A program made the translations under genes and the position numbers. Of a stretch of DNA of 64,000 nucleotides, positions 29,662 to 41,300 are shown piece after piece. This stretch comes from Candidatus Hydrogenedentota bacterium (GTDB lineage Bacteria > Hydrogenedentota > Hydrogenedentia > Hydrogenedentales > SLHB01), in assembly GCA_963668025.2 (NCBI GenBank), contig CAXXTH010000018.1, positions 256,001 to 320,000 of the forward strand, written 5' to 3'. Under the pieces are notes generated by a model. That model made no database searches, had not been told where the DNA came from, and saw only the letters and a program-made list of their open reading frames with translations. Position 1 is the stretch's first letter. The number at the start of each line of letters is the position of its first letter.

Positions 29662-32340
29662 ATGGAAATACGTCTGACTCCCACGGGACACTTGCGTTGG
29701 GATTTATCCGAAGAAGACACACTGCACGGCGTTCTAGAGCACATTCGTAGCGCATTTCTATCCGACTGGCGCGAAGGGCTGTTTCTACTCGCAGCGGAAA
29801 AAACCTCCCCTGAGAATTCATTGACGTTCCGCTATTGGCGCGGGCTTGCGGAGCGCTTCTTGACCGGCTTGTGCCATATTCCGGGCTCCTCGGCGGAATT
29901 CCAGGTGGAAACGCCCTCCGATGCGGACTATGCCACGTTGGTGCTGACCGCACCGCCGATGCCAGGCGGCGAGTATCTGTCCTCCGAAGTGTTGAGCGGC
30001 ATCTGGTCTGCGCTCGATACATGGGCGCATGAAGCCGTCTCGGCTTCGGGCGGTCTTGATGCTTTTTTTCAATCTCGTGCGCCTCAATGGAGGCAGGTCG
30101 GGCGGGTCTGTTTCCATCTGGCGGAAAACAAGAATGATATCGAGCGGCCGTTCGCATTTATGGCGACATACTCTTCCGGCTTCGGTGCGGCGGGCCAGCT
30201 TAAGCATCTTCCATTAGGCAAAGCCCTGGAACAATACGCGGGCGCAAAGAACAAATCCGCCCTGATCAAGCTTTTATCGCCCGTCCAGCAAGCATCAGAA
30301 CGCTGCGCGTGGGTCAAGCAGATGGCCGATTCGGGCGAGATCTACCGGCCAGTGGCGTGGCGTGCGCCGCAGGCGTACGTACTGCTGCGCAGTGTTCCCG
30401 AATTGGAAGAAAGCGGATTATCCGTCCGGCTGCCGAATTGGTGGAAAAAACGCCCCCGGCCAAAAGTCAGCGTCACCATTGGCGAAGAGAAACAATCCCG
30501 CCTGGGGATCGATGCCCTCCTCGATTTCGATGTGCAATTCGCGTTGGGCGATACCTCGTTGACACGGAGCGAGATAGCGGAATTGCTGCAATGCGGGGAC
30601 GGCTTAGTGCTGTTCAAGGGCCAATGGATCGAGGTGGACCGGGAGAAGCTCCAGGAAGCCATCGCCCATTGGGAAAAGGTTGGCCAGCAAGCAAAAGAGG
30701 GTGCGATCTCGTTCATCGAAGGCATGCGCCTGCTGGCAGGGGCCTCGCCGGATCTAAAAGAGGAAGAACAAACCGAGGAAGAACGCTCTTGGGTGCATAT
30801 ATCCGCAGGCGATGCCATGCGTGAAATGTTGGCCCGGCTACGGGAGCCTGGCCAGTTGGACGCCATCGAATTGGGAGGAGCCTTGCACGCTACGCTACGC
30901 CCTTACCAGCGGGAAGGCTTGTCATGGCTGCACTTTCTGACCGGGCTGGGCTTGGGGGCTTGCCTGGCGGATGATATGGGCCTGGGCAAAACGATCCAAG
31001 TGCTGGCGCTGCTGCTGGCGGCGCGCCAGGATGCCCCCGCGCCAGAACGTACAACTTCGCTGCTCGTGGTTCCCGCGTCGCTGATAGGCAACTGGCGCAA
31101 CGAAGCCGCCCGGTTCGCGCCATCATTGAAACTGGCCTTTCTGCATCCCGCCGAGAATGACCGCCAAACACTCGACGCCATCGCGCAAGCGCCAGAAAAG
31201 CATCTGCGCGGTGTGGATCTGGCCATTACGACCTACGCCATGCTGGCGCGGCAGCATTGGCTGTCAGCATATCCTTGGCGAATAACCATACTCGATGAGG
31301 CGCAAGCCATCAAAAATCCCTCCGCCCAGCAAACAAAAACCGTGAAGAAACTGTCCGCCCACGCCCGCATCGCCCTCACGGGAACGCCCGTCGAGAACCG
31401 CCTGGGCGATCTATGGTCGATTTTCGATTTCATCAATCCCGGCCTGCTCGGTTCGGCGCAGACGTTCAAATCGTTCACTTCCTCGTTACAGTCGCGCACG
31501 GTGAATCCCTTCGCGCCGCTACGAAAACTCGTGGGGCCATACATATTGCGCCGTATGAAAACGGACCGGGCGATCATCTCCGATTTGCCAGAGAAGATCG
31601 AATCGCCCTGTTATTGCAGCCTGTCCAAGCAGCAAGTGCGCTTGTATGAGCACGCCGTGAAGAATATGAAGGACGCCCTCGAATCCGCCAGCGGCATCGC
31701 GCGGCGCGGGTTGGTGTTGCAAGTGTTGATGCAGCTCAAGCAAATCTGCAATCATCCCTGCCAATTCACCGGTGAAGCGGAGTATAAACCCGATGAAAGC
31801 GGCAAATTCCAGCGCATCGCCGAGGTGCTCGAGGAAATCGCGGAGCGGCAGGAAAAAGTGTTGATATTCACCCAATTCCGGGAAATCATCGCCCCGCTGG
31901 CGGCCCATATCGAGGGCATTTTCTGGCGGCCAGGGCTGATGCTGCATGGGGGCACGAGCGTGCAGAAGCGCAAAGAGATCGTGAACCAGTTCCAAGATGA
32001 AGACGGCCCTCCCTTTTTCATACTGTCCCTCAAGGCAGGCGGCTCCGGCCTCAATTTGACCGCCGCTTCGCACGTCATCCATTTTGACCGCTGGTGGAAT
32101 CCCGCCGTTGAAAACCAAGCCACGGACCGCGCATTCCGCATCGGCCAGAAGCGCAATGTGCTGGTGCATAAATTTGTCACTCGAGGAACCGTCGAAGAAC
32201 GCATCAGCGAGATGATTGAGGATAAAAAACAACTGGCGGAAGAAATACTAGGCGGCGGAAATGAAATCAACCTGACAGAGCTGCCGGATGAAGAATTGAT
32301 GAATCTGGTCCGGCTGGATGTCTCCCGGGCGGCGATGTAA
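29662..32340 (+). CDS. SNF2-family helicase/ATPase
   Basis: LRPYQ, LADDMGLGKT, LDEAQAIKN, TGTPVEN, LRRMK, SLKAGG.GLNLT, DRWWNPAVENQATDRAFRIGQ. Confidence 0.96.
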   Translation: MEIRLTPTGHLRWDLSEEDTLHGVLEHIRSAFLSDWREGLFLLAAEKTSPENSLTFRYWRGLAERFLTGLCHIPGSSAEFQVETPSDADYATLVLTAPPMPGGEYLSSEVLSGIWSALDTWAHEAVSASGGLDAFFQSRAPQWRQVGRVCFHLAENKNDIERPFAFMATYSSGFGAAGQLKHLPLGKALEQYAGAKNKSALIKLLSPVQQASERCAWVKQMADSGEIYRPVAWRAPQAYVLLRSVPELEESGLSVRLPNWWKKRPRPKVSVTIGEEKQSRLGIDALLDFDVQFALGDTSLTRSEIAELLQCGDGLVLFKGQWIEVDREKLQEAIAHWEKVGQQAKEGAISFIEGMRLLAGASPDLKEEEQTEEERSWVHISAGDAMREMLARLREPGQLDAIELGGALHATLRPYQREGLSWLHFLTGLGLGACLADDMGLGKTIQVLALLLAARQDAPAPERTTSLLVVPASLIGNWRNEAARFAPSLKLAFLHPAENDRQTLDAIAQAPEKHLRGVDLAITTYAMLARQHWLSAYPWRITILDEAQAIKNPSAQQTKTVKKLSAHARIALTGTPVENRLGDLWSIFDFINPGLLGSAQTFKSFTSSLQSRTVNPFAPLRKLVGPYILRRMKTDRAIISDLPEKIESPCYCSLSKQQVRLYEHAVKNMKDALESASGIARRGLVLQVLMQLKQICNHPCQFTGEAEYKPDESGKFQRIAEVLEEIAERQEKVLIFTQFREIIAPLAAHIEGIFWRPGLMLHGGTSVQKRKEIVNQFQDEDGPPFFILSLKAGGSGLNLTAASHVIHFDRWWNPAVENQATDRAFRIGQKRNVLVHKFVTRGTVEERISEMIEDKKQLAEEILGGGNEINLTELPDEELMNLVRLDVSRAAM

Positions 32341-32354
32341 GAAAGGAAAGCGGC

Positions 32355-33443
32355 ATGTATTGGCGCAAATATGTACCTGTAGCGCAACGGCGCGAAAAAG
32401 CCAATAAAAAAATGAACAAGATGGTGAAAAGCGGAACAGCCATCCAGCCAGTCCAGCTCGATGGGCGCACCATTGCGCGTAGTTTCTGGGGAAAAGGCTG
32501 GTGCGATCACCTCGACACCTTCTCGGATTATGAAAACCGGCTGCCGCGCGGGCGCACCTATGTACGCAATGGCTCCGTATGCCATCTGGATATCCAGCAA
32601 GGCTGTATCGAAGCCATGGTTATCGGTTCTGAACTCTACCACGTGAAAATTGAAATCAAGGAACTCAATAAAACCGCATGGACAGCCATCCAAGAGAAAT
32701 GTGCGGGCCAGATCGGTTCGATGCTCGAACTGCTCCAGGGACGTTTATCGAGCCATGTCATGGCCATCGTGACCGATACGGAGAACGGCCTTTTCCCGCA
32801 AGAAGGCGAAATCAAGTTGAAGTGCAGTTGCCCGGATTGGGCGGTGATGTGCAAGCACGTCGCCGCCGTGTTATATGGCGTAGGCAGCCGGCTCGACAAC
32901 CAGCCCGAACTGCTCTTCCTCTTACGCGGTGTTGATCCAGCGGAATTGATCACGGAAGGCCTGGCGCTTCCAACCGCGACAGACGCCGGAGCCGCCGATG
33001 CGCTCGAAGAAAGCCAGCTTGGCGATATCTTCGGAATCGACCTCGACATGGAAGCCAGCGAAACGCCCCCATCGCCTGCAACCAATACAAAAACCGTACA
33101 CGCTAAAGCAACGCCAATAACAAAGGCGAAAACCAAGGCGAAGGCGAAAACAAACGGGAAGAAATCCGTGCCCGCGACCCTCAAGTCCGACGCACGCGTG
33201 AAAACACCAAGCAAAGCCGCCACGGAAAAGACGGAAACGAAAACAGATGCGCCTTGGACCGGACAATCCATTGCAGCGTTGCGGAAAAAGCTGAAACTCA
33301 CCGTATTGGAATTCGCGGAAAAACTGAGCGTATCCGCCGCAAGCGTTTCCCGCTGGGAATCGATCGACGGCCCTCTCAAACTACAGCTCGGGTCAGCAAA
33401 TGCCTTGCTTCGATTGTCTAGAAGCGCTAAGACGCGCAAGTGA
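32355..33443 (+). CDS. SWIM zinc-finger protein with C-terminal XRE-type HTH
   Basis: RLPRGRTY.RNG, CSCPDWAVMCKH; Lys/Thr/Ala linker; LRKKLKLT..EFAEKLSVS..SVSRWE. Confidence 0.9.
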   Translation: MYWRKYVPVAQRREKANKKMNKMVKSGTAIQPVQLDGRTIARSFWGKGWCDHLDTFSDYENRLPRGRTYVRNGSVCHLDIQQGCIEAMVIGSELYHVKIEIKELNKTAWTAIQEKCAGQIGSMLELLQGRLSSHVMAIVTDTENGLFPQEGEIKLKCSCPDWAVMCKHVAAVLYGVGSRLDNQPELLFLLRGVDPAELITEGLALPTATDAGAADALEESQLGDIFGIDLDMEASETPPSPATNTKTVHAKATPITKAKTKAKAKTNGKKSVPATLKSDARVKTPSKAATEKTETKTDAPWTGQSIAALRKKLKLTVLEFAEKLSVSAASVSRWESIDGPLKLQLGSANALLRLSRSAKTRK

Positions 33444-33468
33444 ATATGGAGCCTATTCAAGCCAAATC

Positions 33469-33512
33469 TTGAAACACTGTAGGGTGGGTTGCCCCACCCT
33501 ACAGTGTTTCAA
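33469..33512. terminator. 20-bp perfect hairpin between convergent genes, GTAG-REP-derived
   Basis: TTGAAACACTGTAGGGTGGG-ttgc-CCCACCCTACAGTGTTTCAA; core matches GTAGGGTGGGGCTTGCCCCACC at 45324. Confidence 0.75.
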
Positions 33513-33575
33513 TCATCCGCCTTCCCGCGCGTCTATTCGCGGTTTTTGTAAAAACTCTTTTGCATTATGCAGCGA

Positions 33576-35162
33576 TTAGAAACGCAGCTTCGTTTCCGCA
33601 TATAAATAATCCGCGTCCGCATCATCAAGGCCGCCATTAAATGCCAGGCCATTGAAGTCCACGAAATTGCCCGTATCGAGGCCGGAGCCCGTGAAGAAAT
33701 GGGTCCATCCCGCGCGGAAGGTGAGGTCTTCCGAGTAATGGTAGGCCGCCCATAGGCCCAGCTCCCATCCCAGTTCCTCGTCGCTGGCGGTGGTCCAGAA
33801 AGGAATGCCCGGGGCCACGGGAACGCGGAATTGGCCCAGTTTGATATATACAGGCAAATCGAATGTGGCGAGCGCGGCGAAATAGGACGCATACAAGCCC
33901 GCTTCGATGCTCTCCATCGGATGAGCGTCCACCCCAAACTTCACCGTCCAGAAATTGCTCATCTGGCCAATATCATCCAAGACAGGGCTGTAGAGCGTAT
34001 CGGAGAAAAGCCGGTTGAAGCTGACGCTGGATTCCGGGCGGCCCAACTGGAAAAACGTCGCGAAAACATCATCCCGGTTGTCCTCGCCGTCAAAGTAGGC
34101 CCCCGAGAGGAATGCCCGAGGCTGCCAGGCAATGTCGAAGGTATAGCCTATTTCCGCATCCGCGGCCCACGCGCTATATTCCGCTTCATTATCGCCATAC
34201 AGGAATGGTTTGAACAAGAAACCTGCCCGGTCCGCATTCCCAAATTGATACGCGGCATTGGCATCGAAATCGAAAGCGCCTAAGGTTCCCGAGGCGCGCA
34301 GGGCGATGGTATGGAGATTCGTGGGATCATAATCATCCAGCCCGAGGAAATTCTCGACGCCCTCGGCCCACCACACCAAATTCGTGTCGTTCAACATGCC
34401 TGCATCGCGCAGCCACACCCAGTAAGCCTCGAACAGCACATTCTCGACGGCGCTGCATGAGGCATAAAGGCCCATGAGGTCCGTGTCGCCGTCTTCTTCC
34501 GCAATCCCGGCGTCCGCGAGCTTGGCCGTAAATCCCGAGATGGAATAGGATTCCCCGGCATAAGTGAGGCGGATCGCATCGTAGGATAGCCCGGCGAATT
34601 CGGGGCGGCATGTATTGTTGCCCAGGAGCCACCCGCCTGCAAGAACCAATTCCTGGCGGCCGATTCGGGCTTCAAGCGGCAGGCCGAACAGCTCATCCAC
34701 TTCTATATAGGCTTGGTAGAGCGAAACATCGTCTTCCGCGGAATTCTGCCGCGCGTCCGCGCCCGTAATCCAATTCGAACGAAAATCCTCGCCCCACACA
34801 TCAAAGCTGTCCAGCTCGACATGCGCGGCCACCTGGTTGGTAAAATCCGCGTCTATCCGTAGAATCGTGCGCTGTTCAATTACTTTGTAATCCGCTCCGC
34901 GCTCGCTCCAGTCATAATAACTGGTGATGGCCTGCCCTCCGATGATGTCGCCAATGGGACGGCCCACGAGCCAATTGCCCGGCCAGCGAACGCCTGCGCC
35001 CGCGAAGGCGGGCTGGGTTTGCGAATTGAACGTATTACTCCAATAATTGCCCCGGATACGGAGTTCCCCGCCTACCTGGATATTTTGGAGTTCGGCATAT
35101 GCAGGCAGCGCCACGAAACAGGCTAGTATGAACAAGGATAGCATTTGAGTTTTCCGGCGCAT
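33576..35162 (-). CDS. Outer-membrane beta-barrel protein, alginate-export-like family
   Basis: Signal peptide, GGELRIRG, LYQAYI, RIGRQEL, YDAIRL, ELG.EL, C-terminal LRF. Confidence 0.8.
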   Translation of the reverse strand: MRRKTQMLSLFILACFVALPAYAELQNIQVGGELRIRGNYWSNTFNSQTQPAFAGAGVRWPGNWLVGRPIGDIIGGQAITSYYDWSERGADYKVIEQRTILRIDADFTNQVAAHVELDSFDVWGEDFRSNWITGADARQNSAEDDVSLYQAYIEVDELFGLPLEARIGRQELVLAGGWLLGNNTCRPEFAGLSYDAIRLTYAGESYSISGFTAKLADAGIAEEDGDTDLMGLYASCSAVENVLFEAYWVWLRDAGMLNDTNLVWWAEGVENFLGLDDYDPTNLHTIALRASGTLGAFDFDANAAYQFGNADRAGFLFKPFLYGDNEAEYSAWAADAEIGYTFDIAWQPRAFLSGAYFDGEDNRDDVFATFFQLGRPESSVSFNRLFSDTLYSPVLDDIGQMSNFWTVKFGVDAHPMESIEAGLYASYFAALATFDLPVYIKLGQFRVPVAPGIPFWTTASDEELGWELGLWAAYHYSEDLTFRAGWTHFFTGSGLDTGNFVDFNGLAFNGGLDDADADYLYAETKLRF

Positions 35163-35328
35163 GGCGATATCTCCTTCTTCCCGCCACATGACTGGGCGTT
35201 TATGCGCCTTGCGCCACGTCGCTACCCCCGGCATTCACAAGGCGCGTGCAATACGTTAAATAAACCATAACAGAGACCTCCAAAATCGTCAAGACAGATA
35301 TCTTCTGGAAATCAATGATATGGGTATT

Positions 35329-36678
35329 TTACATCGCATACTCATTCAGTTTGTTGCGCAAGGTGCGGACACTGATTCCAAGCATTTTTGCCGCATGGGT
35401 GCGGTTTTGATTGCAATGTTCGAGAGTGGTGAGGATAAGCTCCTTCTCCATTTCGCCAACGGTGGCGCCCACCGAAACGGGCATCGTATGGCTAGGCGCG
35501 GCCGCGCCCGCATCGCTCAGTGCGAAATTATTCGGCTGCAAGAGCGCCTCCTCCGACAGGACCACGGCGCGCTCGATGGCGTTTTGGAGTTCACGCACAT
35601 TGCCAGGCCAGTTATACTCGAGCAACGCCCGGCGCGCCGCTTCGCTGAAGCCTTGGACAGGCCGTGCGTTTTCCTGTGCGAAGCGCTTGAGGAAATGGCC
35701 CATCAACTCGGGGATGTCTTCTTTGCGCTCGCGCAAAGGAGGCAAATGGATAGGAATGACGTTCAGGCGGAAAAACAGATCCTGGCGGAATTTATGTTCT
35801 TGCATGGCCTGTTCGAGGTCGCGGTTAGACGTGGCGATGATGCGCGTGTCCACCTCGATGGATTGCGTGCCGCCCACGCGCTCGAATTCGCGTTCCTGGA
35901 GGGCGCGCAACAGCTTTGGCTGTAGTTCTAGGCTGATCTCACTAATCTCGTCAAGTAGCAGCGTGCCTTTGTCGGCCAGTTCGAAGCGGCCAATTTTTCG
36001 GTCCAGAGCACCCGTGAATGACCCTTTTTCATGGCCGAAGAGCTCGCTTTCGAGGAGCCCCGCCGACAGAGCGGCGCAGTTGACCTTGATAAAGGGATTC
36101 CCGGCGCGGCGGCTCGAATAATGGATGGCGCGGGCGACGAGTTCCTTGCCCGTGCCGCTCTCCCCGCGAATGAGGACCGTGGCGCGGCTGTCAGCCACTT
36201 TACGCACTTGCTCGTAGACCGCGCGCATGGCGGCGCTTTCGCCGATCATGGCGTGGAAGTCGTACGGCTGGTTGAGTGCTTCACGCAGGTAGCGATTTTC
36301 TTCCGCCAGGCGCTCGCGCTCGATGGCGCGCGAAATGGCTAGCTCAAGCTCATCGGGTGCGAATGGTTTCAGGATGTAATCATCCGCGCCTTCCTTGAGT
36401 GCGGTGACGGCGGTCTCGACCGTGCCGTAGGCGGTCATAATGATGCAATGCGTGCCGGGGCTTTCCTTGCGCAATTCCCGCAGCACCTCAAGGCCGCTCA
36501 TAGGCGTCATCTTGAGGTCCGTAACGACCAAGTCGTAATTCTTGGCGTGGAACCGCTCGACCCCCTCCCGCCCGCTCGAGGCCGTGTCCACCTCGTGGCC
36601 AGCGCGGAGCAGGGCTTCTTCGACATATTCCCGCATAATGGCTTCGTCGTCAATAACAAGGATTCGCAATTTCGGCAT
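35329..36678 (-). CDS. Sigma54-dependent response regulator (NtrC/AtoC/FlgR type)
   Basis: REC domain, GESGTGKE, ESELFGHEKGSFTGA, LLDEI, WPGNVREL, Fis HTH. Confidence 0.95.
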   Translation of the reverse strand: MPKLRILVIDDEAIMREYVEEALLRAGHEVDTASSGREGVERFHAKNYDLVVTDLKMTPMSGLEVLRELRKESPGTHCIIMTAYGTVETAVTALKEGADDYILKPFAPDELELAISRAIERERLAEENRYLREALNQPYDFHAMIGESAAMRAVYEQVRKVADSRATVLIRGESGTGKELVARAIHYSSRRAGNPFIKVNCAALSAGLLESELFGHEKGSFTGALDRKIGRFELADKGTLLLDEISEISLELQPKLLRALQEREFERVGGTQSIEVDTRIIATSNRDLEQAMQEHKFRQDLFFRLNVIPIHLPPLRERKEDIPELMGHFLKRFAQENARPVQGFSEAARRALLEYNWPGNVRELQNAIERAVVLSEEALLQPNNFALSDAGAAAPSHTMPVSVGATVGEMEKELILTTLEHCNQNRTHAAKMLGISVRTLRNKLNEYAM

Positions 36679-36707
36679 ATCCGCTCCCTAGATGATCTTT
36701 TCAGGCG

Positions 36708-37889
36708 CTATCCCATTTGGGGCAACTGCACAAACACCGTCGAGCCTTTTCCAGGTTCGCTTTCGGCGTATAGGCGTCCGCCATGGCTGTCCACAATCTT
36801 CGAGGCTACGGCCATGCCCAATCCGGTGCCCTTTTCTTTCGTGGTAAAAAACGGCGTACACATGTCTTTGAGCTGTTCAGGCGTCATGCCGCAGCCGGTA
36901 TCAGCAAATACGAAACATACGGCATTCTCTTCGGCTTCGAGCGACACCCGAACTTCGCCTTCACCTTCAATGCTTTGCACCGCATTAAGCAATACATTCA
37001 GAAACACCTGCCGCATGCGGTCCGGGTCGGCCATGATATCCACGTCGGATTGCACCGCATTTGTGATAGCCACCGGGCGGCCATCAAGCTCTAGAAAGCC
37101 CATGGCGGCGTCCACCAAATCGGCGCAACGCGCCATGCGCAGGCGCAGCTCGATGGGGCGTGTATACTCAAGCAGTTCATCCACGACGCGCTCGAGATCC
37201 CGTGCGCCTTGCAGGATTTTGTTCACGAGCCGCAACGGGGCTTCGTCATTCTTGAGATCGCGGGCGAGCAGCGCCGCGAAGCCCCGTATGCCGCCAAGAG
37301 GATTGCGGATCTCGTGGGCCACCGTAGCCGCCATTTCGCCGATGGCGGCAAGGCGGTCTTTGCGGCGGACTTGCTTGCGCAAATCACGCACCTCGGTCAG
37401 GTCCTGGAAAACTTTCACCATGCCGATGCGCGCCGCGTCCCGGTCCGACATGGGCGAATCCCGTTCGCTCACCGTAACGCCACGCCCGTCTTTCGTACGC
37501 AGCTCCATGACACGGCGGCCCGATGGCACGAGAAATTCCCGCCCGAAAACATCGCGGAAGCGGCGTCCCATTACTTCCGGCCCGTGATATCCCAGGACGC
37601 CTGAAGCAGCCTGGTTAAATGTAGTGATAACCCCTTCGGTGTCCACGGCGATGACGCCATCGGACATGCTCTCGAGGAGCGAGTGCAGATAATCCGAGGC
37701 AAGGGCCAATGCGCGGTTTTTCTCGGCCAATTCCTGATCAAGCTCTTGGATGCGCGCTTCGAGGCGGCGATAAGATTCTTCCATGACGCGGGTAGTGCGC
37801 GTGAATTCCTCGAAGGCCATGGCTAACGCGCGCATATTTTCATCCGCGCCATTGCCGGTTTGCTCATTGGGTATTGCGGCGTCTGTCAT
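36708..37889 (-). CDS. Cytoplasmic PAS sensor histidine kinase (FlgS/FleS-like)
   Basis: Coiled coil, PAS, AHEIRNPL, DTGCG, PFFTTK.KGTGLG; no TM. Confidence 0.92.
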   Translation of the reverse strand: MTDAAIPNEQTGNGADENMRALAMAFEEFTRTTRVMEESYRRLEARIQELDQELAEKNRALALASDYLHSLLESMSDGVIAVDTEGVITTFNQAASGVLGYHGPEVMGRRFRDVFGREFLVPSGRRVMELRTKDGRGVTVSERDSPMSDRDAARIGMVKVFQDLTEVRDLRKQVRRKDRLAAIGEMAATVAHEIRNPLGGIRGFAALLARDLKNDEAPLRLVNKILQGARDLERVVDELLEYTRPIELRLRMARCADLVDAAMGFLELDGRPVAITNAVQSDVDIMADPDRMRQVFLNVLLNAVQSIEGEGEVRVSLEAEENAVCFVFADTGCGMTPEQLKDMCTPFFTTKEKGTGLGMAVASKIVDSHGGRLYAESEPGKGSTVFVQLPQMG

Positions 37890-37892
37890 GAT

Positions 37893-38348
37893 TCATGCTT
37901 TCCGGTCTATATAGCCGGCTTGTTTTTTTTCTGGAGAACGAAATTTATCCAGCATGTTATGGCCTTTGTGCAATCCAACTAAGCCATTTTGTATGCTGAG
38001 CATGTAACGCTTGAGATCCGAGATGCTTTTTTCCCTGGCTTGCTGCAATTGCTGGTCCAGCTCAAAAGCATGCGAGGCCAGCTCCGTGATCATGGCGCGC
38101 TCTTCCACTGCGATAGTGTCGTCTTGCCGCCACTCCCGCAAGAGCAAATCAAGTTCATGTTGGAGCCCCGCCAGTATTTTGTTGTCTTTCTCCCGGCTTG
38201 CATACAGGCCTTCCAGGACGTTTTCTTCCAGCGCCATTTGCTCGATGGAGACGCAAGCCTGAAGCATGGCTTCAAAACAAGCAATGTTGCGCTCGATACA
38301 GGCGCGCATACGCGCCACTATGCTATCTGTGTTATCCATTATGCTCAT
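37893..38348 (-). CDS. Helical protein, FlgN/FliT-like flagellar chaperone candidate
   Basis: 151-aa all-helical; C-terminal YIDRKA tail as seen in FlgN/FliT-like proteins; operon context. Confidence 0.5.
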   Translation of the reverse strand: MSIMDNTDSIVARMRACIERNIACFEAMLQACVSIEQMALEENVLEGLYASREKDNKILAGLQHELDLLLREWRQDDTIAVEERAMITELASHAFELDQQLQQAREKSISDLKRYMLSIQNGLVGLHKGHNMLDKFRSPEKKQAGYIDRKA

Positions 38349-41300
38349 CCTGTTGCCGTGGCGGCGCTATTCGATTGCGCCGTGGCTGGTTGAGGTTCCG
38401 CCAATGGTTCCGCGGTCACGGGAAGGCCGCGCCGGAGCTGTTCCGCCCTTCCATACGCCGCTTTGATACGCGCCTGCGCCGCCCATTGGGAATCGGTCTG
38501 GCCAATGGCGTCCAGCAGTGGAATGCTTGTGGCGTAGTCCTCTGTTTCGAGCACAGCGCCCGCCCGCTGGTAGGAAGCCCATTGGGCGTCCTCATCAAAC
38601 CGGCCAGAGGCTTTTTGAGCGAGGCCATATGCGTCAGCCGCGGCGCGGAAATCCCGCCGGGCGTACAAATAATCCGCCCAGGCCAGCGCGGCGTCACGAA
38701 ACAACTCCGTGGTGCAATTGCCTGCCCGTGCGTTCGTTTCAAGCTCCATGACCATAGCCTGCGCACGGGCGGCGCGGCCCGACGCCAAGTAGGCATTTAA
38801 CAGTGCGATCTCATCCTTATCGGTCCGTTCTTCCGCATAGCGCTCATGCGCCTGCTCCATATAGGCTATGCCCTGATCGGGGCTGGCTTGCAGCAAAGCC
38901 TGGCCCGCCACATTCAAGAATGAATAGGCCAGGGCCGGGTCCAGTAGATTTGCATCCACACGCCGGGAAATGGATAAGCCTTGCTCGACTGCACCGTTCT
39001 GGATGAGGGCGGCTGCCGATTGCGCCAATAATTTCGGCTCGGTTGCCACGGCGGCCACTTCTTGATATGTTTGCTTGGCTAATTCGCTGAAACCCAAATC
39101 ATGGTACAACTCTCCAAGGGCCACCTTGACGGCAAGCTGCTGGGGCCGGCCTTCCGTTAATGTGGCCAGATCCTCCAATTCCGACAGGCTCCGCCGTATG
39201 TTCCCCCGCTCATAATCCGCCTTGGCCCGCTCGATGAGCCCTTGAAAGGCTTGGGCTGTGGTGGGATATTGAACCGACAAATGCTCGTAGACTTCCATTG
39301 CCTGATCCCATTCCCCCACTCGGCGAAAATACCGGGCGGCGTCCAGCAGCAATTGAGGTGCATTAGCGCCCGCCTCGTCGGCAGCAAGCAACGCCTGGGC
39401 CGCGCCCACAAAATCGCCTGACAGCACACGCGACGACGCAAGGCTCTGAAGCACGCTGCTATCATTCGGATACTGATGGGCGGCCAGTTGAATGAGCGAA
39501 GCGGCATCGGACCGCTTTCCTTGTTTCTCGAGCACGCTGGCAAGGCGTACATACGCCTGCGGCAGAAGGGGGCTGTCTGGCATGAAGGAAAGCAGATCGC
39601 GATACGACTGCTCCGCGCGATCAAGCTGCCCATTCGCTTCATAGGCTTGGCCTAGAAGCAAATATACTTCATCCTTGCCTTCCATGGTTGTCGAGGCCGC
39701 ATCACGGTTCTCCAGCATCGAAATGGCGGCGCCGGGATTTCCCCCATCCAATTCCATGCGCGCAAGATATACGGCTGCTTGGGCGCCTATCTTGCGGTCT
39801 GGCCTGGCCTGGGCGACTTGAGTGAACAACTCCCGCGCCTTATCTGGACGCTTCTGCAACAGAAAGGCGCGGCCGAGCAGCATGCGGGCCTCATCGGCGT
39901 AAGGCGAAGTGGGAAACTGGGCCACCAGGAGCTGAGCGAATTCCTCGGCCTCGCCGCCCCGGCCCAATTCAAGGGCAAGCCGGCTGGCCTGCACCATGAT
40001 CTTATCCCGTTCTGGCGCGGCCGGATATTGCTCAATGATCTTGCGGTAAATACTCTGCGCTGTGAGAGGCACTCCCGTTTTCACATATAAGAGCGCCTTC
40101 CATTCCATGAGTTGAGGCACGCGCGGATCAGTGGAATGATGCTCGATCACTTGATCAATGGCCGCTTGAACCACATCCGCTTCCTCTTGAGTGGCGCGCT
40201 GCGGCAATGCGGCATGCATGGCTTCGACGCGCAGGAACTCCGCATCGGCTAAAAGAGGATGCTCCCGGGGGGCTTCCGGAATAGCCCGGTCCATTTCTTT
40301 AACCACATCCGCATACGCTCGGGCTTTCATGAAGCGTTTTGCATTTTCCACCGCCACGGACAAGTCTTCCTGGCCGCCCGGCATGAGTTGTTCTATTTGC
40401 ATAGCCCCGTTTTGGTATGCGGGAAGCACGGCATACAATGCCCATCCGGCCAGAACACCAACGAAAAGCGATACCGCCAATTTGGTAATTTCATGGCGTG
40501 GAAACCCGCGAAACGGATTGGGGATCAGAGGTTTTCGGAACCGCTTTTTCTTAGCGGGCGGCACTATGGCTTCCGGCCTTTCCATAAGCTCTTCATGAGG
40601 CAAAGGCGCTTTTGGAGAAGCAATTTGCACAGTGGCTGCCTGCTCCGGCTCCACCGTTTTGCCGGGGGCCGCAAAAAGATCCTTAAATTCTTCTTTGGCG
40701 CTCGCTTCTTGGAGCAGGCTGTCTAGCAATTCTTGCGAAAGCAATGCCTCATTCGAATCATCCAGAGAAACGGAGGCATACCGGTTTTCGGAGCCAACGG
40801 CTTCCTGTTCTTCAAACGGCGCGTCAATAGCGGACTCATAGGATATTTCACCCTCGGCATCTTGCGATTCCGCTTTGAATAAGGCATCTATTTCGGACTG
40901 CTCGATTATGCCTACTGGCTTATCTGAAGGCGGCGCATACGTCCATTCGTTCGGCTCATTGGCAAAGGCCCCGCCATTTTGCACTTGGGCTATGACGGCG
41001 TCGATATCGGATTGATCGGTCATGCCGGAAGGCATGCCCTCTTTGCCTATAACCTCATCGAGATTGGACTCATCCAGTGTGATATTCGAATTGATCTCTT
41101 CTAAGGCGGCATCTAGCTCCGTATCCGTCAACGCTCTCGCGTTAAATTCTTCTATATCCTCCCGCTCATCGAATTCCGCCGAGCTGGCCTCATGCTGCCC
41201 AGGCAAGCCTTTCTCGATGAGTTCATCCAGCTCATGCTGGCTCAAAAACATATCTTCTTGATCAATCTCTTCGCCTAAAAACTCATCTAGACTGCCCGCG

